NCBI RefSeq assembly: GCF_000007985.2
Contig: NC_002939.5
Location: 3,540,001 to 3,572,000, forward strand
Direction: 5' to 3'
Length of the DNA: 32,000 nucleotides
Source of the DNA: Geobacter sulfurreducens PCA
Lineage (GTDB): Bacteria; Desulfobacterota; Desulfuromonadia; Geobacterales; Geobacteraceae
Part shown: positions 21,346-31,879 of the stretch, in pieces
How the letters are laid out: each line of letters starts with the position of its first letter
Position numbering within the stretch: position 1 is the stretch's first letter
Notes under the pieces: model-generated
The model's database searches: none
Told to the model about the DNA's origin: nothing
The model's input: the letters and a program-made list of their open reading frames with translations, nothing else
Made by a program: the position numbers and the translations under genes

Positions 21346-21417
21346 AGCCCAAAGGGGGTCTCCATGTCATGACGCAGGTCAAAAGGCGCATTTTTGCTTT
21401 TCAAAGGATTCTGTGTT

Positions 21418-22797
21418 ATGAATCCCCCCATGAGCATCGAACCGGTCATCATTCCCCGCGCCAACCACCCCATCTCCCGCTCCCTCGTCAGCCCCAACGC
21501 CCTCCGGGTCCTCTACCGTCTCCGGGACAACGGCTTTATCGCCTACCTGGTGGGGGGATGCGTCCGGGATCTGCTGCTGGGGCGCGAACCCAAGGATTTC
21601 GACGTGGCAACCGACGCCACGCCCAACCAGATCAAGCGCATCTTCCGCAACTGCCGGCTGGTGGGGCGCCGTTTCAGGCTCGCCCACATTCACTTTACCG
21701 ACGAAATCATCGAGGTGGCCACCTTCCGCGCGTTGTCTCCCCCCGAACAAGGTGAAGGCGAGCCGGTTGCCGATGAGACTGGACAACGGGGTGGAGATGA
21801 AGCGGAACGCCTCCGTCCGCCACGCCACCTGGTGAGCGACGAGGGAATGGTCCTGCGGGACAATGTTTTCGGAACCCCGGGCGAGGATGCCCTGCGCCGG
21901 GATTTCACCGTCAATGCCCTGGCCTACTGCATCGCCGACTTTTCGATCATCGACTACGCGGGGGGCATGGAAGATCTGCAGCGGGGGATGATCCGCACCA
22001 TCGGCGATCCGCGGGTCCGCTTCACCGAGGACCCGGTCCGGATGCTCCGGGCGGTCAGGTTCGCTGCCGTGCTGGGGTTCGCCGTGGAGGAGGAGACCTG
22101 GCAGGCGATGCTCGATCTGGCACCGGCAATTACCAGGGCGACGGCGCCGCGGCTTTACGAGGAGATGCTCAAGCTCTTCCTGTCGGGGGAAGGTGAGCGG
22201 GCCTATCAGCTCCTGCGGCAGACCGGCCTCTTCGCGCACCTCTTCCCCGGCTTCGAGGCGTGGCTCGGCGAGGAAACCGACGGGTTCCCCCACGCCCGGA
22301 CCGGCAGTGCCCTCGAATGGGTAGACTCACAGGTGGGCAGCGGCGAGCCGGTGTCACCACCGCTCCTCCTCGCGCTCCTCTTTGGCGGGTACCTGGAAGA
22401 ACAGTCCGAACGCTTCATGGGCCAGGGGGCTTCTCCCCTGGACGCGGTGAGTGCCGCCGTGGCGGCCTTTCTGGGTGAGCAGGCGCCGCTGGTGGCAGTG
22501 CCGCACCGGATCGGGCTTGCCATGCGCGAGATTCTCGCCCTCCAGCAGCGACTGCACAGGATACCCGGCAAACGCCCCCAGGCGGTTCTGGCCCGGGCCA
22601 GCTTTGCCGAGGCAATGGCCTACCTCCGCTGCCGTTGCGCCATGAACGGCGAGGACAGCCCGGTTCTCGCGTGGTGGGAGCGCTACGCCCGCGACAGCGT
22701 CATGCCTCCCGTGGAACCCTGTTCAGCCGGAGGCGAGACAAAGAAACCACGGCGGCGTCGCCGGCGGCGCGGCGTCAGGAAGGCGGCTCCGCAGTGA
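21418..22797 (+). CDS. pcnB: poly(A) polymerase I / tRNA nucleotidyltransferase family
   Basis: YLVGGCVRDLLLGREPKDFDVAT and RFRLAHIHF motifs, and an Arg-rich tail (KKPRRRRRRRG). The start is set at ATG 21418. The track start 21394 is a TTG. Confidence 0.88.
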   Translation: MNPPMSIEPVIIPRANHPISRSLVSPNALRVLYRLRDNGFIAYLVGGCVRDLLLGREPKDFDVATDATPNQIKRIFRNCRLVGRRFRLAHIHFTDEIIEVATFRALSPPEQGEGEPVADETGQRGGDEAERLRPPRHLVSDEGMVLRDNVFGTPGEDALRRDFTVNALAYCIADFSIIDYAGGMEDLQRGMIRTIGDPRVRFTEDPVRMLRAVRFAAVLGFAVEEETWQAMLDLAPAITRATAPRLYEEMLKLFLSGEGERAYQLLRQTGLFAHLFPGFEAWLGEETDGFPHARTGSALEWVDSQVGSGEPVSPPLLLALLFGGYLEEQSERFMGQGASPLDAVSAAVAAFLGEQAPLVAVPHRIGLAMREILALQQRLHRIPGKRPQAVLARASFAEAMAYLRCRCAMNGEDSPVLAWWERYARDSVMPPVEPCSAGGETKKPRRRRRRRGVRKAAPQ

Positions 22798-22800
22798 GTC

Positions 22801-22942
22801 GAGTCTCTTGCAAAACGTTATGAGGACGCCGGGATGCCAGGCGCAAGCGAGCGAGGAAGCGAGGCGTACCCGTCGGTACGTTGAGCTTTCGAGTGAGCGG
22901 CAACACCGCCGACCGGCCCCGCGGTAGTTTTGCGAGAGCCTC
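22801..22942. other. 142-nt intergenic element bounded by 16-nt imperfect inverted repeats (candidate structured RNA or MITE-like repeat)
   Basis: GAGTCTCTTGCAAAAC (22801..22816) versus GTTTTGCGAGAGCCTC (22927..22942): 14/16 complementary, or 15/16 counting one G-U pair. Internal hairpins are at 22865..22880, 22897..22909 and 22827..22843. Confidence 0.4.
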
Positions 22943-22955
22943 AGCCGGCAGCCGG

Positions 22956-23903
22956 CTAGACATGATTGCGCAGCATCAGTTCCAGAGGAGTGGGACTGAG
23001 GTAGACCTGCTTCAACAGATACTCCTGGCCGTACTTTTTCACGTAGTGTCTCAGCAACGTCACCGGCACAATGAGGGGTACCAGGTGCCGGTGGTACTCC
23101 CCGATGACCTCCTGGAGTTCAGCCTTTTCCTCCCGCGTCAGCTGTTTTTTGAAATAGCCGGCGATGTGCTGAAGCACGTTGGTGTTCTTGCGCACCGTGG
23201 CATGGAGCGACAGTGCCTTCATGAAAAGCTCCTGGTAGCAGGCGAACAGATCGTCGCATCCCAGCTCTTTGCCACGGGCCACGAGTGCTCCCATCTCCCG
23301 GTAAACCTCCGGACTGTGGGCCATGATCAGGAGCTTGTGGTCGGCATGGAACGCCACGAGGCGCCCCAGGGACTTCCCTCCCAGCAGCAGATCCTTCCAC
23401 CGGCGAAAGGCAAAGACCCGTTCAATGAAATGCTCCCGTAGCCCCATATCATGGAGCCGCCCCTCCTCTTCCACGGGCAGCAGGGGAAAATGCTTCGTAA
23501 CCGCGTCAGCAAAGAGGCCCCGCCCTGCCTTGGTCGGCATCCCCCGGCGATAGAGTTTTACGTTGAACAGACCGGAACTGGGGGAATCCTTCTTGAAGAT
23601 GAAACCGCACAGGTCTTCACTCTCCAGCTCAAGCACCTTTCTGCGGCAAAAATCGAGCATCTGCTCCGTCTTGTCTACCCTGCTCCTGGACGTAACCAGC
23701 CGAACCTCTCCCCCATCCGCCTCAAGCCTCATGGCCTCGCGCGGGATCGGCATGCCACACTCCGCTTCGGGGCACACGGAGACGAATTCGAAGAACCTGC
23801 CGAGCGTATCGGTGATGTAGCGGTCATGCTTGTGGCCTCCGTCATAACGAACCTTCTCGCCGAGCAGGCAGGAGCTGACCCCGATTTTGATGGGTGTGGG
23901 CAT
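22956..23903 (-). CDS. DUF523 (TudS-like Fe-S domain) / DUF1722 (YbgA-like) fusion protein
   Basis: KIGVSSCLLGEKVRYDGGHK at the N-terminus is typical of DUF523, and the C-terminal half resembles YbgA. It is 315 aa. Confidence 0.8.
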   Translation of the reverse strand: MPTPIKIGVSSCLLGEKVRYDGGHKHDRYITDTLGRFFEFVSVCPEAECGMPIPREAMRLEADGGEVRLVTSRSRVDKTEQMLDFCRRKVLELESEDLCGFIFKKDSPSSGLFNVKLYRRGMPTKAGRGLFADAVTKHFPLLPVEEEGRLHDMGLREHFIERVFAFRRWKDLLLGGKSLGRLVAFHADHKLLIMAHSPEVYREMGALVARGKELGCDDLFACYQELFMKALSLHATVRKNTNVLQHIAGYFKKQLTREEKAELQEVIGEYHRHLVPLIVPVTLLRHYVKKYGQEYLLKQVYLSPTPLELMLRNHV

Positions 23904-24033
23904 GGATTCCTCGCAGCTTCATAAATTGTTAATGAAATACTCCAGAATGCCGAAGAGACATGGGACGGGCAAACTCGCAAAGATTCGGGGGGCAATTCAT
24001 TAATAAACCGCCGTGATCATTCGGTCATTCGCC

Positions 24034-24061
24034 TTGAAAATACAGCCCCAACTGGTATAAT
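24034..24061 (+). promoter_or_regulatory. candidate sigma-70 promoter (-35 TTGAAA, 16-nt spacer, extended -10 TGGTATAAT)
   Basis: Perfect TATAAT with an upstream TG. It lies about 43 nt before GTG 24104. Confidence 0.55.
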
Positions 24062-24103
24062 TGTGCCGCTTCCCACGATAAAATCAAGCCCGGGAGATAC
24101 CCA

Positions 24104-25747
24104 GTGGAGTGGAAGTGCTGCTGGAACAGAAACGTTATTGAGCCGGCCGATTGCCCAAACATCGGCGAAGGCGAGGAAATCCTCTTTTCATCCCTCCAAC
24201 GCAGAGTGATCGAAAAATGCGTGGATTGCCCGCTGTTCGCCGAAGACCTGAAGGCACTGCGCGACTCGGGGCACCCCCTCGCGGCAGTGCTCCCCATTGT
24301 GGTGGCTGAGCTCCAGGAACAGCGGAGCCGACTCCAGTCCATGGTCGGCTTCCTGGACAGCAAGGATCGGGAAATCAAGTTCCTGCACGAAATCAGCCTC
24401 GTGCTCCAGACCTCGGTGGACCTGGATGAAGTGCTGTCGGTGGTCATGACCGCCATCACCGCCGGCAAGGGGTTCGGCATGAACCGGGCCTTTCTGCTGC
24501 TGACCGACAAGGAGCGCAAGCACCTGCGGGGCTATCTGGGGGTTGGGCCGCGGAACTACGGCGAGGCGTGGTTCATCTGGGATGAGATCAGCCGCGACGA
24601 CTTCACCCTCAAGGAGATGGCGAAGAACTTCTACCAGACCAAATTCACCAGTGAGAAGCAGAAGTTTCACGACATTCTGGAAAACCTCACCATCCCCTTG
24701 TCGGAACATGATCACATCTTGGTCCGTGCGTTGAGGGAGAAGAAACCGCTCCTGGTCGAAAACGCTTTCCACAATCCAGACTGCGACTACTCCCTGACCC
24801 AGACCCTGGGGGTCGACACCTTTCTCATCACGCCGCTGGTCTCGCGCAACCGGAGAATCGGCGTCATCATTTCCGACAACTGCGTGACCCATAAACCGAT
24901 TACCCCCCAGGATGTCCAGTCCCTGGAGACCTTCGCCTTTCCCGTTGCCTTCGCCATCGAACGGGCATCCCTGTACGAACGGCTCCAGGAAGAGCTCCTC
25001 AAGGTGACGGCGGCCAACGTCAAGCTCAAGGAACAGCAGGAGCTGATCGTCCGGATGGAACGGATGGCGCTCGTGGGCAAGATCACGTCGAGCATCGCCC
25101 ACTCCATCCGCAACCCCCTCATGATCATCGGCGGCTTCGCCCGCACGCTTCTCAAGGGCACCGATGAGGGTGACCCCCGGCGCGAGTATCTGGAATCCAT
25201 CGTCCGCGAAGCCCGACAGTTGGACGAGGTGCTGGACGAAGTACTCAGCTACTCCGACTCCCTCTATCCCACCCTGGACTCATGGGACGTGAACCAGTTG
25301 GTAAGCACCGGTTGCCGGGAGCTGGACAGCCGCCTCCAGGAGCGTCGCATTGCCTGCCGGCTCCGCCTGGACGCCGAACTCCCGTCCGCCCGCATCGATT
25401 ACAAACAGGTCTCCTTCTGCCTCCGCTCAATCCTGACCTCCAGCATGGACCGAATGCCCGACGGCGGTGAGATTGTCATCGAAACCCGACTGGAAGGCGG
25501 GTGGATCGTCGTCGAGGTGCGGGACACGGGACGGCCCGGCTCCTCGAACGGAATGAGCACATTCTCTTCCTTCGCACCGCCCCAGGAACTGGGAGGTGGC
25601 CTCGGCCTGGAAGTCTGCAAGGCAATCATGGAAAAACATGGCAACAGCCTCATCATCGAAACGCCTCCCGACGGGGGGGCCCGCTACGTGCTCAAACTAC
25701 CGGTAAACAGGGAGGAGGAACCCCATGGCACGATTGTTGGTGGTTGA
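24104..25747 (+). CDS. GAF-domain sensor histidine kinase with an N-terminal Cys-rich module
   Basis: H-box SSIAHSIRNPL and G2 box GGGLGL. The GAF-like region is FLHEISLVL...RAFLLL. The N-terminus is MEWKCCW...DCP...KCVDCP. It has a GTG start with a GGGAGA RBS. Confidence 0.88.
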   Translation: MEWKCCWNRNVIEPADCPNIGEGEEILFSSLQRRVIEKCVDCPLFAEDLKALRDSGHPLAAVLPIVVAELQEQRSRLQSMVGFLDSKDREIKFLHEISLVLQTSVDLDEVLSVVMTAITAGKGFGMNRAFLLLTDKERKHLRGYLGVGPRNYGEAWFIWDEISRDDFTLKEMAKNFYQTKFTSEKQKFHDILENLTIPLSEHDHILVRALREKKPLLVENAFHNPDCDYSLTQTLGVDTFLITPLVSRNRRIGVIISDNCVTHKPITPQDVQSLETFAFPVAFAIERASLYERLQEELLKVTAANVKLKEQQELIVRMERMALVGKITSSIAHSIRNPLMIIGGFARTLLKGTDEGDPRREYLESIVREARQLDEVLDEVLSYSDSLYPTLDSWDVNQLVSTGCRELDSRLQERRIACRLRLDAELPSARIDYKQVSFCLRSILTSSMDRMPDGGEIVIETRLEGGWIVVEVRDTGRPGSSNGMSTFSSFAPPQELGGGLGLEVCKAIMEKHGNSLIIETPPDGGARYVLKLPVNREEEPHGTIVGG

Positions 25748-26096
25748 CGACGAAAACAGCATCCGGCTGCTCTATTCTCAGGAGCTGGCCGAAGAGGGAC
25801 ATGAGGTGGTGACCGCCGCCACGGCAGCCGAAGCGGTGGACAAGATCAGGGAGCACGAGTTCGACCTGATCGTGCTGGACATCAAACTGAAAAACGAGAG
25901 CGGCCTCGACCTGCTGCAGAAGGTGGTCAAGGAGCGGCACAACCTGCCGGTGGTCCTCTGCACAGCGTTCTCCTGCTTCAAGGATGACTTCTCCGCCTGG
26001 CTCGCCGACGGCTATGTGGTCAAATCCAGCGACCTGTCCGAACTGAAGGAAGAGGTCAAGCGAGTCCTGGCAAAGAGGAAGCCGGGCAAGGAATAA
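25725..26096 (+). CDS. single-domain CheY-like response regulator
   Basis: LLVVDDENSIR...LIVLDIKL... receiver motifs. There is a GGAGGAGG RBS, and it overlaps the kinase by 23 nt. Confidence 0.9.
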   Translation: MARLLVVDDENSIRLLYSQELAEEGHEVVTAATAAEAVDKIREHEFDLIVLDIKLKNESGLDLLQKVVKERHNLPVVLCTAFSCFKDDFSAWLADGYVVKSSDLSELKEEVKRVLAKRKPGKE

Positions 26097-26138
26097 CTCT
26101 CGCATTTCCCATTCAATATCCATGCAAAGGAGCATCCT

Positions 26139-28649
26139 ATGAAAGCCGTGATCATGGCCGGCGGGTTCGGTACCCGCATCCAGCCCCTGACGAGCAGCAT
26201 TCCGAAACCAATGATCCCCCTCCTCAACCGTCCGATCATGCTTCACATCGTGGAGCTGCTCAAAAAATACGAGATCACCGACTTGGTCATGCTCCTGTAC
26301 CATCAGCCGGCGGTCATCAAGAACTTCTTCCGCGACGGCACGGATTTCGGCGTCAAGATCACCTATGTGACCCCACTTCAGGACATGGGGACCGCCGGTG
26401 CCGTCAAGTGCGCCGAGAAGTATCTGGACGAACGGTTCATCGTCATCAGCGGCGACCTCCTCACCGACTTCAACCTTCAGAAAATCATCGACTTCCACGA
26501 GGAGAAAGAGGCCTTGGCCACCATCACCCTCACCTCGGTAAAAGATCCGCTCCAGTTCGGCGTGGTCATTACCGACAAGGAAAAGCGGATCTCCCAGTTC
26601 CTGGAGAAACCCGGCTGGGGCGAGGTGATCTCCGACACCATCAATACCGGCATCTACGTTCTGGAGCCGGAAATTTTCTCCCATATCCCGGCCGAGGAGA
26701 ACTACGACTTCTCCCAGGACCTCTTCCCGAAGCTGCTGGAGAAGCAGCAGTCCCTGTTCGGCTACACCGCCAAAGGATACTGGCGGGATATCGGCAACAC
26801 CGACTCCTACCGTGAGGCCCACCACGACATCTTCAAAGGGAAGGTGAACGTAAGGATCGACGAGCCGAAGCAGGATCTGGTGGGCAAGGATCTGCGGCTC
26901 GGCTCCGACGTGAACCTGGACGAGCATGTGACCCTGGAGGGGACGGTGGTCATCGGTGATAACTCCCAGGTCTTCGAGAGCGCCCACATCAAGGATACGG
27001 TGATTGGACGCAACTGCACCATCGAGGCGGGGGTACGGCTCTCCCGCTGTGTGATCTGGGATAATGTCTACGTAAAGCGGGGGGCGAAGCTGAACGACAG
27101 CGTCCTCTGCGGCAACGTCCGCGTGGGGAACGGCGTGGTGATGGAGGAGGGGGTCATCGTGGCCGACGACACCTCCATCGGCGAAGAGTCCTACATCAAG
27201 CGCGACGTGAAGATCTGGCCGCGCAAGGTGATCGAGGCCGGGGCCACCGTCACCGGCAACCTGATCTGGGGTGAGAAGTGGAAAAAAGCCCTGTTCGAGG
27301 GGGCCCTCATCAAGGGTCTCACCAACATGGAACTCACCCCCGAGTTCGTGGCTAAGCTGGGCTGCGCCTACGGCACGACCCTTCCCAAGGGGAGCTTCGT
27401 GATTTCCGGCCGCGACGCTTACCGCTCCTCCCGGATGCTCAAGCGGAGCTTCATCGGCGGCCTTCTCTCCTCCGGGGTCAACGTCCGCGACCTGACCATG
27501 GTCCCGATGCCTGTGCTGCGCTACAAGCTCCGTTCCTTCGGGGAGGTGGGCGGCATCCAGTTCCGACAGGCTCTGGATGACCCCGCCTCCACCGAAATCA
27601 TCTTCCTGGACGGCGACGGCCTCGACTTCTCCAGCTCAATGGGCAAAAACGTGGAACGGATCTTCTTCAAGGAGAACTTCCGCCGGGCCCACCACACGGA
27701 GCCGGGGGGGCTCACGGAAATCCCCCAGCAGGTGATGGATTTCTATCGTGAGGGATTCCTGCACGCCATCGGCAAGACGCCGCTCCAGAAAAAAGCGTTC
27801 AAGGTGGTCATCGACTTCAACCACTCGCCGGCCAGCCAACTCCTCCCCGGCATCCTTACTCAGATGGGGTGCGAAGTCATCAGCCTCAACGCGTACGTGG
27901 ACGAGGAGCGGGGGGTCCAGGCCCTGTCGGATCGGGGGCAGAGTCTCTCGCAGCTTTCCAAGATCGTCGCCACTCTGGAGGCGAACGCCGGCTTCTGGCT
28001 CGACCCCACCGTGGAGGGAGTCATCATGGTCGACGAAACCGGGACGGTCCACGAGGGGGCCGACATCCTGCTGCTGATGGTCGGGCTCGCCCTTAAGGCC
28101 GGCGAAAAAGGGGTGTTCGCCATACCGGTCTCGGCACCCTCGGCCATCGAACGGATGGCCCAGGAACGGGGCTGCGCCGTTACCCGCACCAAGAGCGCCG
28201 ACCGCTCCATGATCGAGGCGGCCCTCTCCTCGGAGGTCATCCTGGCCGGTTCCATGGATGGCCGCTTCGCCTTCCCCCGGTTCCAGGCAGCCTTCGACGG
28301 CATGTTCGCCATCGCCAAGTCCATCGAGATGGCGGCCCGCAGCGGAGCGTCCATCTCGGCAACTGCCGCGGAAATCCCCCGTCGGGCCTTCCTTCACACC
28401 CGGGTCCCCTGCGTCTGGGACATGAAGGGTGGAATCATGCGTAAGATGAGCGAGGACAGCCTCGACAAGGAGGCAAGCTTCATCGACGGGATCAAGGTCC
28501 ATTTCGGCGAGGACTGGGCCCTCGTCCTCCCCGACCAGTACCAGCCCCACGTCCACATCGTGGCCGAGGCCCGGGACCCCAAGGCCGCCCAGAAACTGCT
28601 GACCGAGTACCAGAAAAAAGTGGAGCAGTGGAAGAAGGAGCTGTCATAA
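26139..28649 (+). CDS. sugar-1-phosphate nucleotidyltransferase (N-terminal, with hexapeptide-repeat region) fused to a phosphohexomutase-like C-terminal domain
   Basis: The N-terminus MAGGFGTRIQPLT has the GxGTRxxPLT motif. The C-terminal half aligns by eye to PMM/PGM domain architecture but lacks the SHNP phosphoserine motif. Confidence 0.85.
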   Translation: MKAVIMAGGFGTRIQPLTSSIPKPMIPLLNRPIMLHIVELLKKYEITDLVMLLYHQPAVIKNFFRDGTDFGVKITYVTPLQDMGTAGAVKCAEKYLDERFIVISGDLLTDFNLQKIIDFHEEKEALATITLTSVKDPLQFGVVITDKEKRISQFLEKPGWGEVISDTINTGIYVLEPEIFSHIPAEENYDFSQDLFPKLLEKQQSLFGYTAKGYWRDIGNTDSYREAHHDIFKGKVNVRIDEPKQDLVGKDLRLGSDVNLDEHVTLEGTVVIGDNSQVFESAHIKDTVIGRNCTIEAGVRLSRCVIWDNVYVKRGAKLNDSVLCGNVRVGNGVVMEEGVIVADDTSIGEESYIKRDVKIWPRKVIEAGATVTGNLIWGEKWKKALFEGALIKGLTNMELTPEFVAKLGCAYGTTLPKGSFVISGRDAYRSSRMLKRSFIGGLLSSGVNVRDLTMVPMPVLRYKLRSFGEVGGIQFRQALDDPASTEIIFLDGDGLDFSSSMGKNVERIFFKENFRRAHHTEPGGLTEIPQQVMDFYREGFLHAIGKTPLQKKAFKVVIDFNHSPASQLLPGILTQMGCEVISLNAYVDEERGVQALSDRGQSLSQLSKIVATLEANAGFWLDPTVEGVIMVDETGTVHEGADILLLMVGLALKAGEKGVFAIPVSAPSAIERMAQERGCAVTRTKSADRSMIEAALSSEVILAGSMDGRFAFPRFQAAFDGMFAIAKSIEMAARSGASISATAAEIPRRAFLHTRVPCVWDMKGGIMRKMSEDSLDKEASFIDGIKVHFGEDWALVLPDQYQPHVHIVAEARDPKAAQKLLTEYQKKVEQWKKELS

Positions 28650-30839
28650 ATGACGGAGCCGCTGCGCATCGTCTTTCTCTGGCATATGCACCAGCCGTAC
28701 TACAAGGACCCGGTGAAGGGCGAGTACGCCCTTCCCTGGACCTATCTCCATGCCGTGAAAGACTACTATGACATGGCGGCCATCGTGGACGCCACTCCCG
28801 GTGCGAAAGCGGTCTTCAACCTGGTGCCGTCGCTGCTGGACCAGCTTCTGGACTACGCGTCGGGAGAGGCGACGGACCCCTGGCTCATGCGGGCACGCAT
28901 GAGCCCCGCAGACATGACCGAGGATGACCGCCGCTTCGTCCTGGAAAACTTCTTCTCGGCCAACCGGCAGCGGTTCATCGAACCCCACAAGCGCTACCTG
29001 GAGCTTCTCTATCAGGCCGGCGACGGAACCAAGGGCAGCGACCGGCACCGCCAGTTCAGCGACAGGGACATCCTCGACCTCCAGGTCTGGTTTCTCCTGG
29101 CCTGGACCGGTGAGGCCGCCCGACGCCGTTATCCCGAGATAAAAGAACTGCTCAGGAAAGGGAGGAACTTCTCCCCTGGCGACAAGGAAGCGCTGCTGGC
29201 CCGCCATGTCGACATCCTCGGGGAGATCATCCCCCTCTACCGTAAAATCCACGACGAGGGAAAGGCTGAGCTGGCCGTATCTCCCTACTATCACCCCATT
29301 CTGCCCCTGCTCTGCGACATGAAGAGCGCCCTTGCCGCCATGCCCCGGGCAAACCTCCCCGCGGCCCGCTTCCGCCACCCGGAGGATGCCCGCAGCCAGG
29401 TGGCAAGAGGGATTGCACGCTTCCGGGAAATATTCGGCTTTTCCCCGGTCGGCATGTGGCCGTCTGAGGGATCGGTGAGCGATGAGGCCCTCTCCATCAT
29501 TGCCGGCTGCGGCATCAAATGGGTCGCCACCGATGAGGACATTCTGGCACGGACCCTGCCGGGAGGGCTCGGCCCCGGCAAGGGACGTCTCTACCACCCC
29601 TACACCTTCCTCCAGGGCGCACGAGAGCTGAAGATGTTCTTCCGGGACCATCAACTCTCGGATCTGATCGGATTCACCTACTCTTCATGGGATACCTCGC
29701 GGGCAGTGGAGGACTTCATGGGCCGGCTCCGGGCGATACGGGAGCAGACCCCCGACGCGCGCGTGGTGCCGGTCATCCTCGACGGCGAGAACGCCTGGGA
29801 GTACTACCCGGAAAATGGCTACGGCTTCCTGAAGCGCCTGTACGGAACCATTGCCTCCGCGGACGGGTTCGAGCTCCTCACCTGCTCCGAAACGCTGGAT
29901 CGCGAGCCTGAACGGAGAGTCATCGAACGTATCCACCCCGGCTCCTGGATCAATGCCGACTACGGCATCTGGGTGGGGCACCCGGAAGAGAACCAGGCCT
30001 GGGATTATCTGGAGCGGGCCAGGGAGGCGGCGGTCACCTCGAGCCCCGCCGTGGCTGAACGTCTCGCCGTGGGGGACGACCGCGGCGAGGTGACGGACGA
30101 CAACGCGTGCCTGGTCTGCACCTCCCTCTACGCCGCCGAAGGGAGCGATTGGTTCTGGTGGTACGGCGACGATCACTTCTCCGCCCACAGCGACCGATTC
30201 GACCGCCTCTTCCGCAGGCACCTCATGAACGTCTATCGGCTGCTGGGCCTCGACGTCCCCCGTGAGCTTTTCGAGCCCATCAAGAAGACCACCCCCGCCG
30301 GGCTGGTGCGCGAGCCCGCGGCCCTCATCACGCCCCAGGTGAACGGCCGGGTGGATGATTACTTCGAATGGCTCGCCGCCGGGCTGTTCGACCTCTCAAA
30401 ACAGTCATCCGCCATGCACGCAGCCGAAAGCCTGTTCCAGTCCTTTTTCTACGGATTCGATCGGAAGAACCTCTACTTCCGGCTCGACAGCCCTGCCCGA
30501 CTGACGGAACTGCTGCAGCCGGACGACGAACTCCATCTGAACGTGGTCACGGGCGGTGAGTTCCGCCTTGACATCACCCCGGCCGCGACTGACGGACCGC
30601 TCCTGCGCCGCGGTGACGGCACCTGGTACGCGACCGGCTCCCGGGGGGCCTGGGCCATCGACCGTATCTGCGAAGTGGCGATCCCGCTGGCCCCCTTGGG
30701 ATTGGAGCCCCGTGGAAAGCTCTTTGCCTCCGTCACCCTTACCCGCGGAGGCGAGGAGTTCGGCCGCTGGCCTGCCGACGCCCCGCTGCTTCTTGCCTAT
30801 GCAGGGCCCGAACTGGAAATCGACAACTGGATGATTTAG
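28650..30839 (+). CDS. glycoside hydrolase family 57 protein (alpha-glucan-active)
   Basis: The N-terminus IVFLWHMHQPYYKD is typical of GH57. It is 729 aa. Its ATG abuts the TAA of the upstream gene. Confidence 0.88.
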   Translation: MTEPLRIVFLWHMHQPYYKDPVKGEYALPWTYLHAVKDYYDMAAIVDATPGAKAVFNLVPSLLDQLLDYASGEATDPWLMRARMSPADMTEDDRRFVLENFFSANRQRFIEPHKRYLELLYQAGDGTKGSDRHRQFSDRDILDLQVWFLLAWTGEAARRRYPEIKELLRKGRNFSPGDKEALLARHVDILGEIIPLYRKIHDEGKAELAVSPYYHPILPLLCDMKSALAAMPRANLPAARFRHPEDARSQVARGIARFREIFGFSPVGMWPSEGSVSDEALSIIAGCGIKWVATDEDILARTLPGGLGPGKGRLYHPYTFLQGARELKMFFRDHQLSDLIGFTYSSWDTSRAVEDFMGRLRAIREQTPDARVVPVILDGENAWEYYPENGYGFLKRLYGTIASADGFELLTCSETLDREPERRVIERIHPGSWINADYGIWVGHPEENQAWDYLERAREAAVTSSPAVAERLAVGDDRGEVTDDNACLVCTSLYAAEGSDWFWWYGDDHFSAHSDRFDRLFRRHLMNVYRLLGLDVPRELFEPIKKTTPAGLVREPAALITPQVNGRVDDYFEWLAAGLFDLSKQSSAMHAAESLFQSFFYGFDRKNLYFRLDSPARLTELLQPDDELHLNVVTGGEFRLDITPAATDGPLLRRGDGTWYATGSRGAWAIDRICEVAIPLAPLGLEPRGKLFASVTLTRGGEEFGRWPADAPLLLAYAGPELEIDNWMI

Positions 30840-30849
30840 CGGAGGACCA

Positions 30850-31875
30850 ATGTCCGAACTGAGATGGGACCCCCTGAAGCAGCACTGGGTAATCATAGCC
30901 ACCGAACGGGGGCGCAGACCCCGGGACTTCATGGTGGAGCACGAAACCACGGATGCGGCCTGCTGCCCTTTCTGCTACGGGCTGGAAGGAAAGACTCCGC
31001 CGGAAATTTACGCCGTACGCGACACGGGCGTCGCTAATTCCCCCGGGTGGAAAGTACGGGTGATCCCCAACAAATACCCGGCCCTGCGTATCGAGGGCAA
31101 CCTCAACAGCCGGGGGTTCGGCCCCTATGACGTCCTGAACGGCATCGGCGCCCATGAAGTGATCATCGAAACCCCCGATCACGACCGGGATATGGCCGAG
31201 CTCTCACCGGCAGAGATCACCGAGGTCCTCAGGGCTTGGCGAGCCCGGTTTCTGGATCTGCGCCGCGACACCCGCTTCCGCTACATGGTCCTCTTCAAAA
31301 ACCACGGCACCAAGGCCGGCGCCACCCTGTCCCACTCTCACAGCCAGCTCATCGCCGTCCCCCTCATCCCCCCGGTGGCGGCAACCGAACTGCGGGTATG
31401 CAAAGAGTACTTCTCCGCCAAGGAGCGTTGCCTCATCTGCGACCTGATCGACTTCGAACTGAAGAGCGGCGAGCGCATCGTCCGGGAGTTCGCCAACTAC
31501 GTCATCATGACCCCCTATGCGGCCTGCTTCCCCTTCGAGGTGCGGCTCTATCCCAAGCGACACGCCTTTGATTTCGCTCTGCTGCCCGATGCGGAACTGG
31601 CGGAGCTGGCTGTGGCGCTCAAGGACATGCTCACCCGCTTGCGAAGCGTCCTGCGCGATCCACCCTACAATTTCATCCTCCATACCGCCCCGCCGCGCCA
31701 TCCGCGCCTCGGCAAGCCCGGCTACTGGAGTTCCATCGAATATGATTACCACTGGCACATCGAATTGGTGCCGAGGCTGACCCAGATCGCCGGGTTCGAG
31801 TGGGGAACCGGCTTCCACATCAATCCGACGTCGCCGGAAGACGCCGCGGCATTCCTCAGGGAAGCGGGGGCATGA
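30850..31875 (+). CDS. galT: GalT-family hexose-1-phosphate nucleotidyltransferase (galactose-1-phosphate uridylyltransferase-like)
   Basis: A CPFC zinc motif and an active-site HSHSQL (HxHxQ). A GGAGG RBS is present. Confidence 0.82.
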   Translation: MSELRWDPLKQHWVIIATERGRRPRDFMVEHETTDAACCPFCYGLEGKTPPEIYAVRDTGVANSPGWKVRVIPNKYPALRIEGNLNSRGFGPYDVLNGIGAHEVIIETPDHDRDMAELSPAEITEVLRAWRARFLDLRRDTRFRYMVLFKNHGTKAGATLSHSHSQLIAVPLIPPVAATELRVCKEYFSAKERCLICDLIDFELKSGERIVREFANYVIMTPYAACFPFEVRLYPKRHAFDFALLPDAELAELAVALKDMLTRLRSVLRDPPYNFILHTAPPRHPRLGKPGYWSSIEYDYHWHIELVPRLTQIAGFEWGTGFHINPTSPEDAAAFLREAGA

Positions 31876-31879
31876 CACG